Source of the DNA: the human T2T-CHM13v2.0 reference genome, Homo sapiens
Assembly: GCF_009914755.1 (NCBI RefSeq)
Contig: NC_060929.1
Strand: one strand, 5' to 3'
Length of the DNA stretch: 64,000 bases
A program made the position numbers and the translations under genes. Below the pieces are notes generated by a model. The model had not been told where the DNA came from. It worked only from the letters and a program-made list of their open reading frames with translations, and ran no database searches. Of the stretch, positions 28,244 through 42,379 are shown in pieces (positions within the stretch are counted from its first letter, which is position 1; each line of letters opens with the position of its first letter).

Positions 28244-31200
28244 TAGACCTCCCTCAAGCTTCTGGCTTTCACCCCTCGGTGTGCCTGAGGACCAAGCAGC
28301 TCCTCTGTCCTGTTTCACCCCGGAAAGGTGGAAGGTACCCATCCTGGATGAAGGGGACATGGCTTCTGTTGCCTGTTAACCCCTTTTCTGTGATATACAC
28401 ATATGGGCTGAGGACTTTAACACACTCTTCTGAATCATGCAGAAGAGAAGATCTGAACTAAATACCATGGCTTATGAACAGTGCCTGCAACTGTGCCTGG
28501 CATCTAGTACTCAAAAAACATCTGTTGAATGAATGAACAAAAGCATGTCATGCTCTCGAACAATGGGAAGAGCCTGACACCAGCTTCCTGAAATCTCTTC
28601 GCCTCACCTGCTTCCCTGAAGACAGAGCCTATCTCCAGATCACTGAGGATGTGTCTTTTAGTATCCACATCAGGTTCTGTTTATATCTTTATATTTCAAA
28701 GGAAAGTTCAGGGAAGGCATCTCTGTTTAAAGGCAGTGCCAGCCATCTTCCTCTGTACTTTGTCCTGCATGTGACTTCGTCATGGCTCCTATGGCAAGGC
28801 CTTTTCAGAACCAACTTGGCATTGCTCATGGGCAAGCCAACAAGATGTTACAAACCAATGGAGTTGGCAGCGGAAAAAGGAGAAGTATGCACTAGAAAAA
28901 CTTCGTATCGATGAATAGTTAAGAAAATGGTATTTAAGACATTCTTACACATTCAAGAGTATGAAAAGTAGACTTTTCAGGAGGAAAAAAAGACCACTCA
29001 GAGAGAGTGTGCCATTGAAAATCCATTAGGAAGGAGGTCAGGAGTGTCCCAGTATTTAACGTGACCTGCTGGGACGTGATTCGGATAAGTCGCCTCCTGC
29101 TGAAGGCAGCTTGGCAGTTTCTCAGATGTTTCCTATTCTTTGGTGTTCACAGCAGTCCTCCATATTGTCTGTGAATTGATCAATAATGGTTGTGGTTCCT
29201 ATCTATGACACTGTCTCCCAAATCCCTTAGCCAGAGCTGTTGAGACACCAACTGCTCTTCAAGGTGATGGTGATGTTAATAACAACTGATGTTGCTGGAA
29301 GCTGTTTTTGTCTCAAAGACACTTATCCTTCCCATGACAAAAACTTGCTACTGTGTCTGCAAGAAGTTGTCAAATTTTTCCTGAGTTTTTTTTCTTACAG
29401 AACTGAAAAGTCTCAAGGGATGGGTGTTATTTCACTTGGACCAAGCCATTATGTTAACTCACCTGGAGGCTAGAAATCTACCTTTAATTCTAGAGACACA
29501 TGGGACATGGAGAGCTTGAGCAGAGCAGCTAACTAACAAGGATCCCTAAAGACCAATTAGTTCTGTGCTGGAACTTTAGCCCAGTAAAATAAGTACTTTC
29601 TGGAAAGCACATAAATACGGTGTTTAAGCAGCAGTGATAAACAGTGCTTAGCCTCATCCAGAAGCTCTAGATTGCAACTGGCTGAAATGTCTGCAAAAGT
29701 TTACCTTCCCAGCCTTAGCAACAGCCTCCTATCAGGAAGAGCATTGGAGATGCTTGGACTTGCACCTGTCACTGAGATGCATGAACTAAGCACCTTCCTT
29801 GTGGTATTTTTCTGCTTTCCCTGATTTTCCCATGTCTCATGGAAATCCCAATGGCTGGAATTTAGGATATTGCGATGTATTTTCACAATGTCCTAACGAG
29901 GGATTGATTGATGATGAACTGAAGGAAAGTCTTGAGGAAAAACAAGAAAACCTATCCCACACAGGAAAGGTCAGGAAGAGCTGCAGACCTTACCCTGGGG
30001 CAGATGGTCTGTGGATATTCCCAAGAACCTGAAATTGTTTTCATGTCTTTTCTTTAAATGAAGAATATATTTCAAATTTGCATTCCAAGCCATAATATAG
30101 TCAAGTTAATATTGAAAATATTTTCGATTCCTTTCAGATTTACCATCTCAGCTTTCCCCACTCTGCCTGTTTCCTGCACCCTATGCCATTTCAGAAAGTG
30201 AGGAGCACAGCATGCTTTTCTGTGCCTGATACCTACTATCAGGGCAGCAGGGAGGGAAGCAATCCCAGCTGCCTAACTTTAACAACAAAGCAAGTCATCC
30301 TAGGGCTATGCAGGGTCTAACAAGCTTCTTTTCCTTCTATAAAGAGCAACCGTTAGTGAACTACTTCTCTATCTGACCTAAAACAGAAAATGTCCTGTGG
30401 TTTGGACTCATCTGCAGGAAGAAACTCGATATTTAGGCTCTTTTGTTTTGTTCTGTTTGATTTTAGAATAGGGGAAGGGTTTCACAGGGTCTGTGGCATA
30501 GACTCCATAGAATGTGCAGTGTTTCTAATCATCAGTTCTTCCATGTGATGCTAAAGCCATGCCCAGCCCAACCACATCAGATCGCTCTGAGGTAGCAGTG
30601 GCTTCCGACTTAAAATCACTCTTCTTCACAAAAGGAAACCACAACTGCATTAATCAGGTCACATGATTGTCTCCACAGCAAAGGGCCAGCACTCCCAGTC
30701 CAACCCCCCCCCAACACACACTTTTGTCATCTTTTCTGACCTGCCACTGCCTCCGGAGCTCTTTTCTAAGCAGGAGCCTATTCCTTAATTTGTGGTTCTG
30801 CTGCAGCACTGGCATGTCTGGCTTGGCATTTATGAACACAACTCTGAAAAAGCGGGAGCCTTTGAGCCATCTGTCCCTGGAAGATGTTGGGCCATCTTTG
30901 CTGCAAGTTCACATGGCATTCTGATGCATCTGTGTCCAAGCCAGAGAGGAGAGAATGCCCAGAAACCCCTTAGGGAAGATGAGCCATTTCCAAGCCAACA
31001 CAGTCATTTGTCCACTCATTTATTCATTTTCACAACACACTTCTATTGAATGCCCTTGATACGGAGCGTGGGAACCCTGGCTAAGCTGTTGATCCCATAC
31101 TTTACCAGCCAGCCACGGGCCAGGAGGAAGGTACTGCCTCAGTGGCTCAAGTTTGGGAGAAGAGTCCAAAGAGGAAATCCACAGGATCTGCAAAAAACAC

Positions 31201-32401
31201 AGCAGGAGAGGACACCATGAAAGTAGACCGAGTGTGTCTTAGCAATTCCCTGCTGCTTCTCAAGTCAGAGTTAGATGAAGATTTTCTGACAAGGCATGGG
31301 ACTGACTTATTTTGCCTTATGCATCTTAACCTCAGATTAGTTTTCTGGGGTGTTTTATCTTGTTTTACGCAGGACAATGTTGTCTTCTGGCTCTGTGATT
31401 GAGGTCCCAATCCCTTGCTGAGTGAGGCTCAGTGAGCAGACTCGTCCTTGTGGCATTATCAATTCGGACAAGACATTTGCTTTCTGCATCGTTTGATACT
31501 GACGATTCCTGAGGATTTGGGGGTCACTTGTGGACAAAGCCAGGCATTTTCTAATGTAATGGTGTAACCAGAGGCAGGAAAGAAAGATAAAAGAGAGATT
31601 AGCTGAAGACCATGAGGATATTGTGTGGGTAAAGGGGAAGGAAGTCATTGTCTCCTTGTTAGCCTGGTCTTTATAAGCTGTGGCCCTCAGTGATCAGTGA
31701 ACCGATTTTTTTATTTATCCCAATTAGTGACCTGAGAAGATATGATTTTACCTCAGCTAACCACTGTTAACAGCACAAGAGAAATTAGACTCCTTTGGGT
31801 ACTTTTCTTTTTAAAAATATTCACCCACAGAAATGTAAAGTTTTTGAAGGTGGGATAATGTTTGTGTCTATGTGCCTGGACTGCTTTCCCTCCTGAGAAT
31901 CATGAAAATGTCCTTTTTTACTCCATCTGAAGTGTTTGCCTTCAGGTTAGAGGCTGGTTCACTAAGCAATTCCTCCATCTCCCTCACCAGTACGTTGGGG
32001 TGCGGTGTTCTTTTGGACTCCTGAAACTTGATGAGCAAAATGATTACTCCATTAACAACCTCAGGCGGAGGGCCAACGGCAGACGCCTGTGCGGCACGGG
32101 AGCATCTGAGTCCCCAGTGTCTGATTTTTAGATAAGAAAGGAAGTGTGTTCCATCACATTTTGGCTACCATTGTCGTTGTGTTGGAAATCATGTAGTTAG
32201 AAACTTTCTGTTATATTAGCTGTGTCTTCTCTACTTCATAACTCAATGACGGTGCCACCCTAACACATGAGATCTGAAGTAGATTTCATCCTTAAAACAT
32301 AAAGGAGAGAGAGAGAAAGAGAGAGGGAAAGAGAGAGGGAGGAGAGAGAGCTCATACCCAACTAGCTGTGCAGCTCATATTTCTCTAAACAGCTGACCTG
32401 A

Positions 32402-32855
32402 TTGGTGGGCTGAATTGTGTCCCCCAAAATAAGATATAAAGCTTTGGTCCCCAGTGTCTCAGAATGTGACCTTATTTGGAAATAGAATCTTTGCAAGTGG
32501 AAGTAGTTAAGATGAGGTCATGCTGAAGGAGGGTGGCCCCTAATCCAGTATAAGTGATGCCCTCCTAAGGAGATGGCCAGGTGAAGAGACAGACACACAG
32601 GAATGCCACGTGATGATGAAGGCAGGGATTGGAGTCATGTGGTGGCAAGCTAAGAAAAGCCAATGATGGCCAGCAAACTACCTGAAGTGAGACCAAGGCA
32701 AGGAAGCATTCCCTAAGGGTTTCAGAAGGACATGGCCCTGAGAACATCCTACTGTCAGACTTCTAGCCCCCACAACACTGAGATGATACATTTGTGTTAT
32801 TTTAAGTCACCTAGTTTATGCTACCTCGTTATAGCAACTCTAGGAAACTAATTCA
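32402..32855 (+). mobile_element. MLT1 (MaLR, MLT1C-like) solo LTR
   Basis: GGGCTGAATTGTGTCCCCCAAA...AGAATGTGACCTTATTTGGAAATAG...TTATAGCAACTCTAGGAAACTAATTCA. Confidence 0.85.
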
Positions 32856-34394
32856 GAGATCAACACAACTGACTACTCTGCCAGAAAGATGTCCTGGGAT
32901 TTTAATGTACCTCTCCCTGACTCCCACCATGCTCCATGCCCCTCCTTCTCACCACCTTTCTCATGGACACACAAAGAGTGAGGTGATCTAGGAACTGATC
33001 TACGGTGGAGAAATGTCACTGAAACCATAGGGGCCCTAACAGCATCTATCCACAAGTGGCCCACACAAGAGAGAAGTCCTTCAGTAGGAGTTGGCAGTTC
33101 TCTTTTGCTAACAGAATGAAAGAAGTCTTCAGAAATCCAAGTGAAATCCAGAAAAGCCAGATGGAGTCCCTAGTAGTTGTCAGAGAACTTCAGAAGAGAA
33201 AAAGGCAGCCGTGTTTTGGTATGCCAGTTGGCTCTGTGGGCTGCTGGTGCCTCGTGATTCCTGAGATCCATTTAGGTCTGCACTTTCAAATCCACTCCCC
33301 AGTCCTGCAGGGAGAGCCTCTGCTGGTCTAGCTTCCTCCAAGCTCCCCCTCCACCCACCACTATTCCTCAGGAAGACTCAAGATCTGGGAGATGGGTGAG
33401 CAGGGTATTTCTACCCCCATAAACCAAGATTCAAATGCATTAATGTGAGGACTCCCCAGACAGGATTTCTCCCAATAGGTTGCTTGTGTGAATTTTCTGT
33501 CTGATTAACTGAAAACCCAGCGAGGTCTTGAATTGTCTAAGAGGATCCTACCTATGTCTCTGTCAGTGAGAGGGACCTAAGCTGGCTCTGTATGTTTGGG
33601 GCATCTGGTCCTTTAGTTAGAAATGCAAAGGGGACTTGCGTTCTGATTTGTTGCACTAATGAAGCTCCTATAAATCCTGGCCTGAGATTTACTCTTAGTT
33701 TAGGAATTATGAGGGTGGTGGGTAGAAGAAGGGGATGTCATAGATGCTTTTTCTGGCCCCTTGGAATTGTAAAGTAATGTGATATTCACAAAGCAGCATG
33801 CAAATTAAAAACTCAGCCTACATTAGCTTCGTAGGATGTTAGCTGTGTGGTACCACTTTCACTATTCAATATAGCATGAGCATGGTCAATATAGGGTAAA
33901 AAGAGTTTAAAATTCATGAAAGTCAGAGTCAGAATTGGTTTTAAACATCTGCACCCATCGGTCACTTCAGCTGTGCTGTTGGACACCGCAGTCATAGGCT
34001 CAGAGAGGAGCAACTTCATCTTATAAAATCAAAGCCAGTGAAACAGGAAGGCAGCACTGCTCCCCAGCTTCATTCTCAGAGAGAAATGGTGACCTCCTTA
34101 AGTTTCACGAGCTCAGATTCCTCCAGCTGCGGCAGGTTTGGTGGGGAGGAAAGAACTCCTAATGCAAGCACAACCTTACTGGAGAGTTCTCTGTGGCTCT
34201 AAGCCCATAAGCCACTGGGACCAGGCAATTCTGTTTCCTCATTCCTGCAGGAATCCACCTTTTCTTTGCACTTGAGTCTTTCTTTCTGTTAATAATATTC
34301 TCCAGTCTGTGTTTCCTTATCTTTTTCTCTAGTTTCTTAGCCTCACCCCACTCCCCTTCCTTATCATTCTGTAATTAATGTTAAAAATCACAAG

Positions 34395-34610
34395 TATCAT
34401 TTGGAAAGAGTTTCCTATGTGTCAGGCTCTGTGCCAGGGATATAAGTATTTAATGTAGTGGCTAAAACAGCCTGCAGGGTAGGGGTTGGTACCCACCTTT
34501 GACTGATGGGGAAAGTGACGTTTGAAGCGGTTTATGCAAGGTCCTATAGCTCAGGATTCAAACCCAGGCTCTCTTGCTTTAAAGCCCACCTGGGCTTTTA
34601 ATACTACACC
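34395..34610. mobile_element. MIR fragment
   Basis: CTATGTGTCAGGCTCTGTGC...TGATGGGGAAAGTGA...GGATTCAAACCCAGGCT. Confidence 0.6.
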
Positions 34611-35492
34611 AAAGCCTCTTGTTATCTCGTTTGTCCTTGAACCCCCCACAGAGAAGCTGGAAAAATAAAAAAAACAAGGACGACACACAAGCAGAAAGTG
34701 ATGACCTGCTGTTTGTAGTTGATCAAATGCCATCGATGCTGCTTATGTGACGTGGTGTCCATGCACCATCCATTTTTATTTTTCAGGTCTTAGTTACAGT
34801 CCTATGTAATGTTCGCATGTCAGCATTTGAAGGATGTGTGGGTGCTCACTGCCTGGAATGTGATAGTGAGGACTGGGGGAGCCCACCCAGTGCAGTGACA
34901 TCTTGGCAGGGATGAATGACTGATGTCATTTATTATAAACTTGAACCTGAGGTCACTCAGGCAGTGTACCCAAAATTTTCATCTCTGTTATGCCTTTGTG
35001 ATACAAAATCATATGAAAGAGTGAATAAGATTGGATGACTGCTTGAAAGTTATATGAAACTGTGTAATTCAGCTTGCAGAAATTAAGTTCCCTGCTTCAT
35101 GTTTATACCTCACGTGATTACTCATTTCAAGCATACTGTCTCTTTCCGAGAGTAATGATGAAAACATTGAAGAAACCATCGATCCAATTACCCATACTGA
35201 TCCCAGAAGTATAAAGAAAATGTTAATATTCTTGTATGTCTTCTTTTCATATTTGGTATAGCTTGATATAAAGTAGGAAGTCTGTATGATTTTACTGTGC
35301 TCTCAGAATAGGGATTTTTGTTTTGTTTTAATGCAAGCTGGGTTTGGAAGGAGATTTGAAACTTGTGTTTGGCTGGTATATGATGTAGACAGGCACTAGA
35401 GAATCTGATATTTGTTGATATTCAAATTCTAAGTCCTGTATGCGTGTTGTTTTGTTGCATTGTTGTCTGTTTGTCTGTCTGTTTTTTAATAG

Positions 35493-35577
35493 ACCAGGCA
35501 TTTGGAAAGACCTGAAGACCATGGGCTCTGTGTCTCTCTCTATATTCTTCATCACACTGCTTGTTCTGGGTAGACAG
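35493..35577 (+). CDS. ADCY2: ADCY2 coding exon (probably exon 19), 85 nt, phase 2-0, last transmembrane helix
   Basis: Acceptor TTTTTTAATAG|; first A completes AGA (Arg), then PGIWKDLKTMGSVSLSIFFITLLVLGRQ; donor CAG|GTAAGA. Phase complements the preceding exon. Confidence 0.96.
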
Positions 35578-38389
35578 GTAAGAAGTCTGTTTATATATAT
35601 GTATGTATACCTTCTCTAAAGTGCTGTATTAATAGTGCTTTGCTGTGCATTGTAGTTAATCTTCTTGGAAACAAACGTCTAAGAATTAGAATCATCTTAT
35701 CACTGAAGATAAAACTAGTTAGTACAGGGTGTGGATGCTTCGATATAGACAAAAGGAAAAATATCTTTCGTATTTTCCACAAAAGGCAAATGTTATGAAT
35801 GGCCAAAATTTTAATCAGTTAATTTCCTGTTAAATCTCAAAACAAATTTTGTAGTTTTTGTAAGCCTACAAAAGTGTTCCTTCAATAACTGACACTATTT
35901 GAAAAAAAAAAAAAAATCTCCCCTTGACTAGGGCTTTCATTTGCATTTCAGAATATGTAGCACACTTGTTTGAACTGGGCCTGAATACCTTTGCTGTCAT
36001 TTGCAATCATTCCTAGAAATATGATCCCCTGTTAAAAAGTTTTATTTTGCAATGCAAATGAAACTGTTCTTCCTTCTTTGGTCCCTCCAACCCTTCTGGT
36101 CTCCCACAGAGGCTGTGGGTGCAAGATTTTTAAAGACAATTATTCTTCCTCTGCCTTCAACAAAGACAGTTGCCCAAAGACTACAAGACTCATCTGAAGC
36201 CAAGCACCTCTGCCTCGTCCACAGTCTGTTTTAAGTTCTATGAAGCGTGGTGTGAAACAAACAAAAAGCAGTGATTTATGTATTTGGAACGAACCCATGA
36301 AGAAGCAATGCCAATTCCATTAAATCTGCCCAATATCTAAGAGGTACACTATACTTATGAGTTTGGGTCTGGCTTCCAGTTGGCTTCCAGTTCTCCCCAC
36401 CCAAAAGCTGTTGGTAATTGCATAGACAGTTGGACCAAGTCTGGATCTGGCTGTCAGGCCAGCAGTCCGGGACAACTGTCCTCTAGCTTCCCAAGCAGTG
36501 TGAGCTGCATCCTCCGTAGGAGCTCATGGTGCAGCCCTCATCCATCTCCCTAGCACCGAGCTGTCCTGTCCTGCTGCAAAGCTGTTTGAGGTCCCTTCTT
36601 CCCACCCCACCACCCCTCTTGCATTTTCTCTGTTCTGCATTCTTTGGCTTGCAGTTTTGACAACCTGCACCATATCCGGTTCTTTTTCCCTGGTTTCTCC
36701 TGCAACCCATTTTTCTTTTCTCACGACTGGCCATCTTTCTGCTCTCACTCATATGGCAGGCATGCTCTCCCTTGAGTACTTTATAATTTAGATGTGAGAG
36801 AATTGCGCTTCCTTGAATAATATCACCTAGATGATCATTTCTCAGAAAACAATGCAGCCATCCCCTCTGTGGGATCACCTGTTTCTCCATTTCATACTGG
36901 GGATGCTTTTTCCTGCTAGAATCATCTCTCAGATTCCTTCACAGCAGCAAATTTTAAGAAACTCGTATCAAATTAAATTCTCCCAACTTTGTTATTGGTC
37001 ATTGAGATGATACACATTCAGTACCACTACATAATTATGGTTAAGTCCAATGGCTGACAGTTGATCCATCACCCTCTAATTAAGATAAATAATCAAAAGT
37101 GTTCAATATTATGATTGAGCACCAATTTTACACAATTGGGTTGATACCAGTCTCATAGGGAGTCATTCCATTTTTGTCTTTAGTGTAGCAAAAAGTAATA
37201 TTTACATCTAGAGGCCTAGAAAAATTATTACTCCCTCTAAAGGATTTACCATTCTTCATAACCATTCTTTAACACCAGCTATAAATCACCGAATCTATAT
37301 AAGACACCGTGGGAAATACCAAGGTGAGCCAGGAGGCTGACCTGCCATCCAAAATCATTGAGTGAATGACTTACTAAGGCCCCAAGTCTTCTGGGTAAGA
37401 ACTTTGAAGTCTGTGATCCAGTGCTTTAGTACTCCCTTCCCCGAAAGGAGGGGAGGTATATCACAAAACACTCCATATTGGAAATAAGATTTTTCAAGTG
37501 CCATAAGTAAAGCATTCATGGCCTCAGTTACTGTATTTCCTGATTGGTTTATTAAATGATAGTATATGCATTTTGCAACTTATTTTCATTGTTATTTTTC
37601 CTGCTCCATGACCATCTTTTTTGAAATGATGGAGATATGTTTGCTTTCTGAGCAAATCAGTATACTAAATATTGCTTTAGGTATCTAAGTAGCCTTGATG
37701 AAAACATAACACATCTCTTGTGCAACAGGTACAGTACTACTTGCTGTACTAAAGTCTAGTTTATGACAGATGTGTTAACCAACTCAGGAGTCTCTTTTGA
37801 AAAAGAAAGAAGCTTAGTGTCTCACCAGAGCTTAAACAGCAGCACATTGAGGTGGGATACATTTATACTATAAAACCAGGGGACAGTCTACATGACCTCA
37901 AAATGAAGCTGTTGTTTTGTAGGAGAGCTTAGAACCCAAGAATCTACAGGGTCACCAACTGCCCTGTACTCCAGCCCAGTAACTGGTTCTTCTGTCTACG
38001 TAGAAAGATGTGAAGCCCTCCAGTTCCTCAGGTTGTTTTCAGAATCAGAAAATCCCAGAACCACACTTGAGGCTGTGCTAGATGAGAGCCCCAGCAGGGA
38101 GGGTCATGGGGTCCCAGGCATGTCCTGGAGGATTCTCCTGGGCTCTTCCTTCTGTCTCACTCACTGTTGATAGAGCCAGTGAAAAGCAAATTCGGTGTCT
38201 CTTCATGGGATCTGGGCCCCTGAAAACCTGTAGAGTAGCCCCAGGCAGAATCCGAGAGGTGGGTGACAATCCGAGGGATGGGAGGCTCTCGAAGCTGAGG
38301 AAGCCTGCGTGTCTCTCCCTGTTCCTCCCCTGCACACAGAATCCTCTGTCTCCTCTGCAGCACTGCCCTCCCTGAGTCACCCAGGCAGG

Positions 38390-38640
38390 GGCTTCATCTT
38401 GGCCTCTGCTAGACGCCTGCGCATGGCCTCCCGCCATGTCTCTGAGTCAAATCCCCCCTCCTTTCTCTTGTAAGGACACCCGTCTTGAGGTTTAGGGCCA
38501 ACCCTAGATCCAGGATGATATTATCCTGAGATCTTTAACTGAATCACATTCATAAAGACTTTATTTCCAAATCAGGTCACATTTGCAAATAACAAGGGTT
38601 AGGACTTGGAACTATCTTTTGGAGGATTATTATTCAATGC
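38390..38640 (-). mobile_element. MLT1 LTR fragment, antisense
   Basis: CTTGTAAGGACACC...GGTTTAGGGCCAACCCTAGATCCAGGATGAT...TTATTTCCAAATCAGGTCACATT...GGTTAGGACTTG. Confidence 0.75.
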
Positions 38641-38762
38641 ATTCCATTTGATTGGGGATTTTTTAAGTCTTTTTTGAGGGGGCCTTTCATACAAGCTGCT
38701 AATGTGCCAGCTACTTACATATAAGACAGAGGATTCTAAACAGATTGCATTGCTTGGGAAGG

Positions 38763-38839
38763 TGATAGATGATTGATAGATGGATATAGATAAATAGAAA
38801 GGTAGGTAGGTAGATAGATAGGTAGATAGATAAATAGAT
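38763..38839. repeat. Degenerate (GATA/GGTA)n tetranucleotide repeat
   Basis: GATAGATGATTGATAGATGGATATAGATAAATAGAAAGGTAGGTAGGTAGATAGATAGGTAGATAGATAAATAGA. Confidence 0.8.
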
Positions 38840-39184
38840 TTGGCAAAATGTCATTTCAGTTCAGTACAGCTGAACCGAAATACTCTGAGTATTCCAAAAT
38901 ACTCTGATTTTTTTTAGTAGGAGACTTACAAACTGCTTACCTGTTATGCAATAACAATGGCTCTGAAAACCTGAGCAACATCCTAGCATGGCGCATGGAA
39001 ACCTTTCATGCTCACTTGGGTTGGACTTGCTGCCTTAACTGCTCCCTTGGAGGTGGTTTCATCTCATGCTTCACTTTTGTCTAATTTGAAGTGTGCACCT
39101 TTGTCTTCTCAATACCCCCACCACTTGTTGCATCTATCGTTTTAGTTTGAAGCCAGTCACACCACTGATTTATTTTTTTTTTAA

Positions 39185-39670
<486 letters not shown>

Positions 39671-40768
39671 TAAACATAAATGCCACACCAGAGGAGGAGT
39701 TTTCCTAATGTATGACAGATAATTTGAATCAAACATAACTAATGAATGATCATCGTTCTTTCAAATTTCAAAATGTGGATTTTAAATTTTTTTAATTCCC
39801 ATTTGTGCATGAGAGGCCATCTGTGTGCATGTGTGTATGTTTTGTGTTACTTTGTACTGTCATTGGTAGAATTAATCAACTCAACAAAGCAAACCAAAAA
39901 CTTGCAGTTAGCTCTTCTTTGCATTTATTTGTCAATAAGTGACTATCTGTGTGAAATACACACTCTCCACTAAGCCCTTCTATTACAGGAAGATCCATTC
40001 AAGACTATTTCATGATTAAATTAAAGTATTTACATCATAGGAGGCACAAAATGATGCCAAGACCCAAAAGACTCTTTGTCAGTAATTGGGCCTCTCCATT
40101 CCTACAATGTTAGTAATAACTACTTTTAAAATACATTATATTTTAATACATTATAAAGCATGAACACAGGTTTTTACTAACAGGCACTATCTTAATTAAT
40201 ATCAAAATGAACTTTTCTCTAAATGTAACGAATGGCATTCTGTCAGAACAGCACAATCCCAAGTGGAAGAAAAATCCATATTTTGCAATGATTACATAAT
40301 TATACAATTTGTGTTAGGGAAAAACTAATTTACAAATGCTAAAGGCAAACTGCCATAAACGAACAATACAGTTTTTATTCAAATCATCAAAAAATGCACT
40401 CTCTCTACAGAGGTATTTTTCATGTATTCATCATTTATATTCTACAATTGCCTCTTTTCAAAAAATAATTTGAGCCCTCTTTTAGTAGCATAACTTTGCA
40501 GGAAGCTTTAATGGCGCTTTGAATTTAAGCCTCCATATAGCTGATTTCCCTGTTTCTGAGGCTGGTTCTTGTTTTTTGCAAATCCATGTCAGAGGTTGAC
40601 TGAAGGACATTTCAGGGACACAGAGGGCTTTATGGGGAGGGTGGAAGTTCTGTTTGGGGGTTCTTTTTTCGGTTTCATTTTGTTCTTTTTGTTTTCTCTT
40701 TAAAACCTCCACTCTCTGGCAGGACAAGATGCCTATTGTTTCTTTACCTCTGTGTCCTCTTGTAACAG

Positions 40769-40927
40769 AATGAATATTACTGTAGGTTAGACTTCTTATG
40801 GAAGAACAAATTCAAAAAAGAGCGGGAGGAGATAGAGACCATGGAGAACCTGAACCGCGTGCTGCTGGAGAACGTGCTTCCCGCGCACGTGGCTGAGCAC
40901 TTCCTGGCCAGGAGCCTGAAGAATGAG
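40769..40927 (+). CDS. ADCY2: ADCY2 coding exon (probably exon 20), 159 nt, phase 0-0, helical/coiled-coil domain before C2a
   Basis: Acceptor CTTGTAACAG|; translates NEYYCRLDFLWKNKFKKEREEIETMENLNRVLLENVLPAHVAEHFLARSLKNE with the membrane adenylyl cyclase motifs RLDFLW and LLENVLPAHVA; donor GAG|GTCAGA. Confidence 0.97.
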
Positions 40928-41741
40928 GTCAGACCAGGGGGGCTGGGGGCTGGGGGAGGGGGCTGGATGCCATGATGACCTGGGTGAGGGCTGAAAGCTT
41001 CTTCAGTGACATAAAGGCTGCAGTACTTCACACATCTGAGTGTTCAAATTGGCCAAGATTGGCTTGAATTGTTCAGTTTTCAAGGAGATATTGATTGGTT
41101 GTAGAGATATCCGTTGAGAATAGTGGGTTAGAATGACCTCTAAAAGTCTGAGTCTGGAGGTGGATTCATTATTAGAGATTTTTTCCCCAATCATGTAAAG
41201 TTCTGAATGTCTTTTATGAGGCACTAGGATCCCAAATATGCCTCCAAAGAAGCCACTGCTCTCTCCCCATTGTGGGAGGAGGCCTGCCTTACCAGCACGC
41301 AATGGAGGCTCAAACCAAGAGGCAACGTTAAACCATGCCTCCCACACGCCCCCTGTTTCCCCACACTCAGCTTCCCTGAGAGCCTTCCAAGGCTCTTAGA
41401 ATTTCAAAGATATCAGATACACAGTGAGTGTGACAGGATTTAGGAGTTATCTACACAAGAGCAGACCAAAGACTTGAGTCCATCCATTAGAGTGGATAGA
41501 AATGGGAATTTCATGGAGTGTTTATCCAAATGGATTAGCTAGAGTTGCAAAGACTACAATGTCAGTTAAATATTGAAATGGGTTTTGAAGAGATGTTGTG
41601 AGATGTCTTTAATATTGCTGAAGTGCAAGAGAAAGCAGATATGTCTACATTTGGACTTAACGTGAGAAACATGTATCTGAGCATCCACAGTACGCAAAGC
41701 CCTGCGCTCATTTCTGTGGTGTTTCCCAGATGTCTGAGATG

Positions 41742-42379
41742 TGTAAACCAAGAAGTGTCTGAGACAGGTCTCAATCAAGTTAGAAGTTTATTTTCCAAGG
41801 TTGAGGATGGTGCCCAGGAAAAAGAAACACAAGTTACACTAGGATTCCTGGCCTGTGCTTTTCCCAAAGAGAGTTTTGAAGACTCCAATACTGAAAGGGG
41901 AAAGAGTGGACAGTAGGGGAAGGAGGAAAAGGAATAAAAAGAGAAACGGGGTAGACAAGAGATGGTTACATTCTTGTGAGGCTTGATTAGTGCTCATTGA
42001 AACCACATTTTCCATATGAAAAGAGAGGAGTCAGGAAAAGCCCATTATGCCTTCCTCTGCTTGAGCCGAGGGATGATTTCTGGTCTTGTCTTTGTCCAGT
42101 ACCTGTGAAGATCAGCTATTAATTTGCATTGCCAGGATAAGAGTCAACAGAACTCTGTTTTCTGGTCAGTTTTTTTTGGGGGGGTGTCTATTCTGAAAGA
42201 TTTCAGGGCCCACAAGGAATTTTTTCCTGAGCAGTTGTGAGGGAGGCCACCTGGGGTGCTCCGTGGCCCTTCTATGTTGCAGCCATCCGTGTGGGAACAA
42301 AAAGCAGGTAGTTTCTTGCATGAATCAGTTCCCAAGCTTAACTTTTAGTGAGTTTGGGGTCCTGAGATTTTTTTTTTCA
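41742..42379 (-). mobile_element. MER4-family (ERV1) solo LTR
   Basis: TGTAAACCAAGAAGTGTCTGAGACAGGTCTCAATCAAGTTAGAAGTTTATTTTCCAAGGTTGAGGA at one end and CAGTTCCCAAGCTTAACTTTTAGTGAGTTTGGGGTCCTGAGATTT at the other match recalled MER4 termini. Confidence 0.75.

Noticed and set aside
36370-36392. 11-bp tandem duplication TGGCTTCCAGT (similar case TGTGGGCCATT near 19434-19456)
   Set aside because: Ordinary slippage microduplication with no sign of function.
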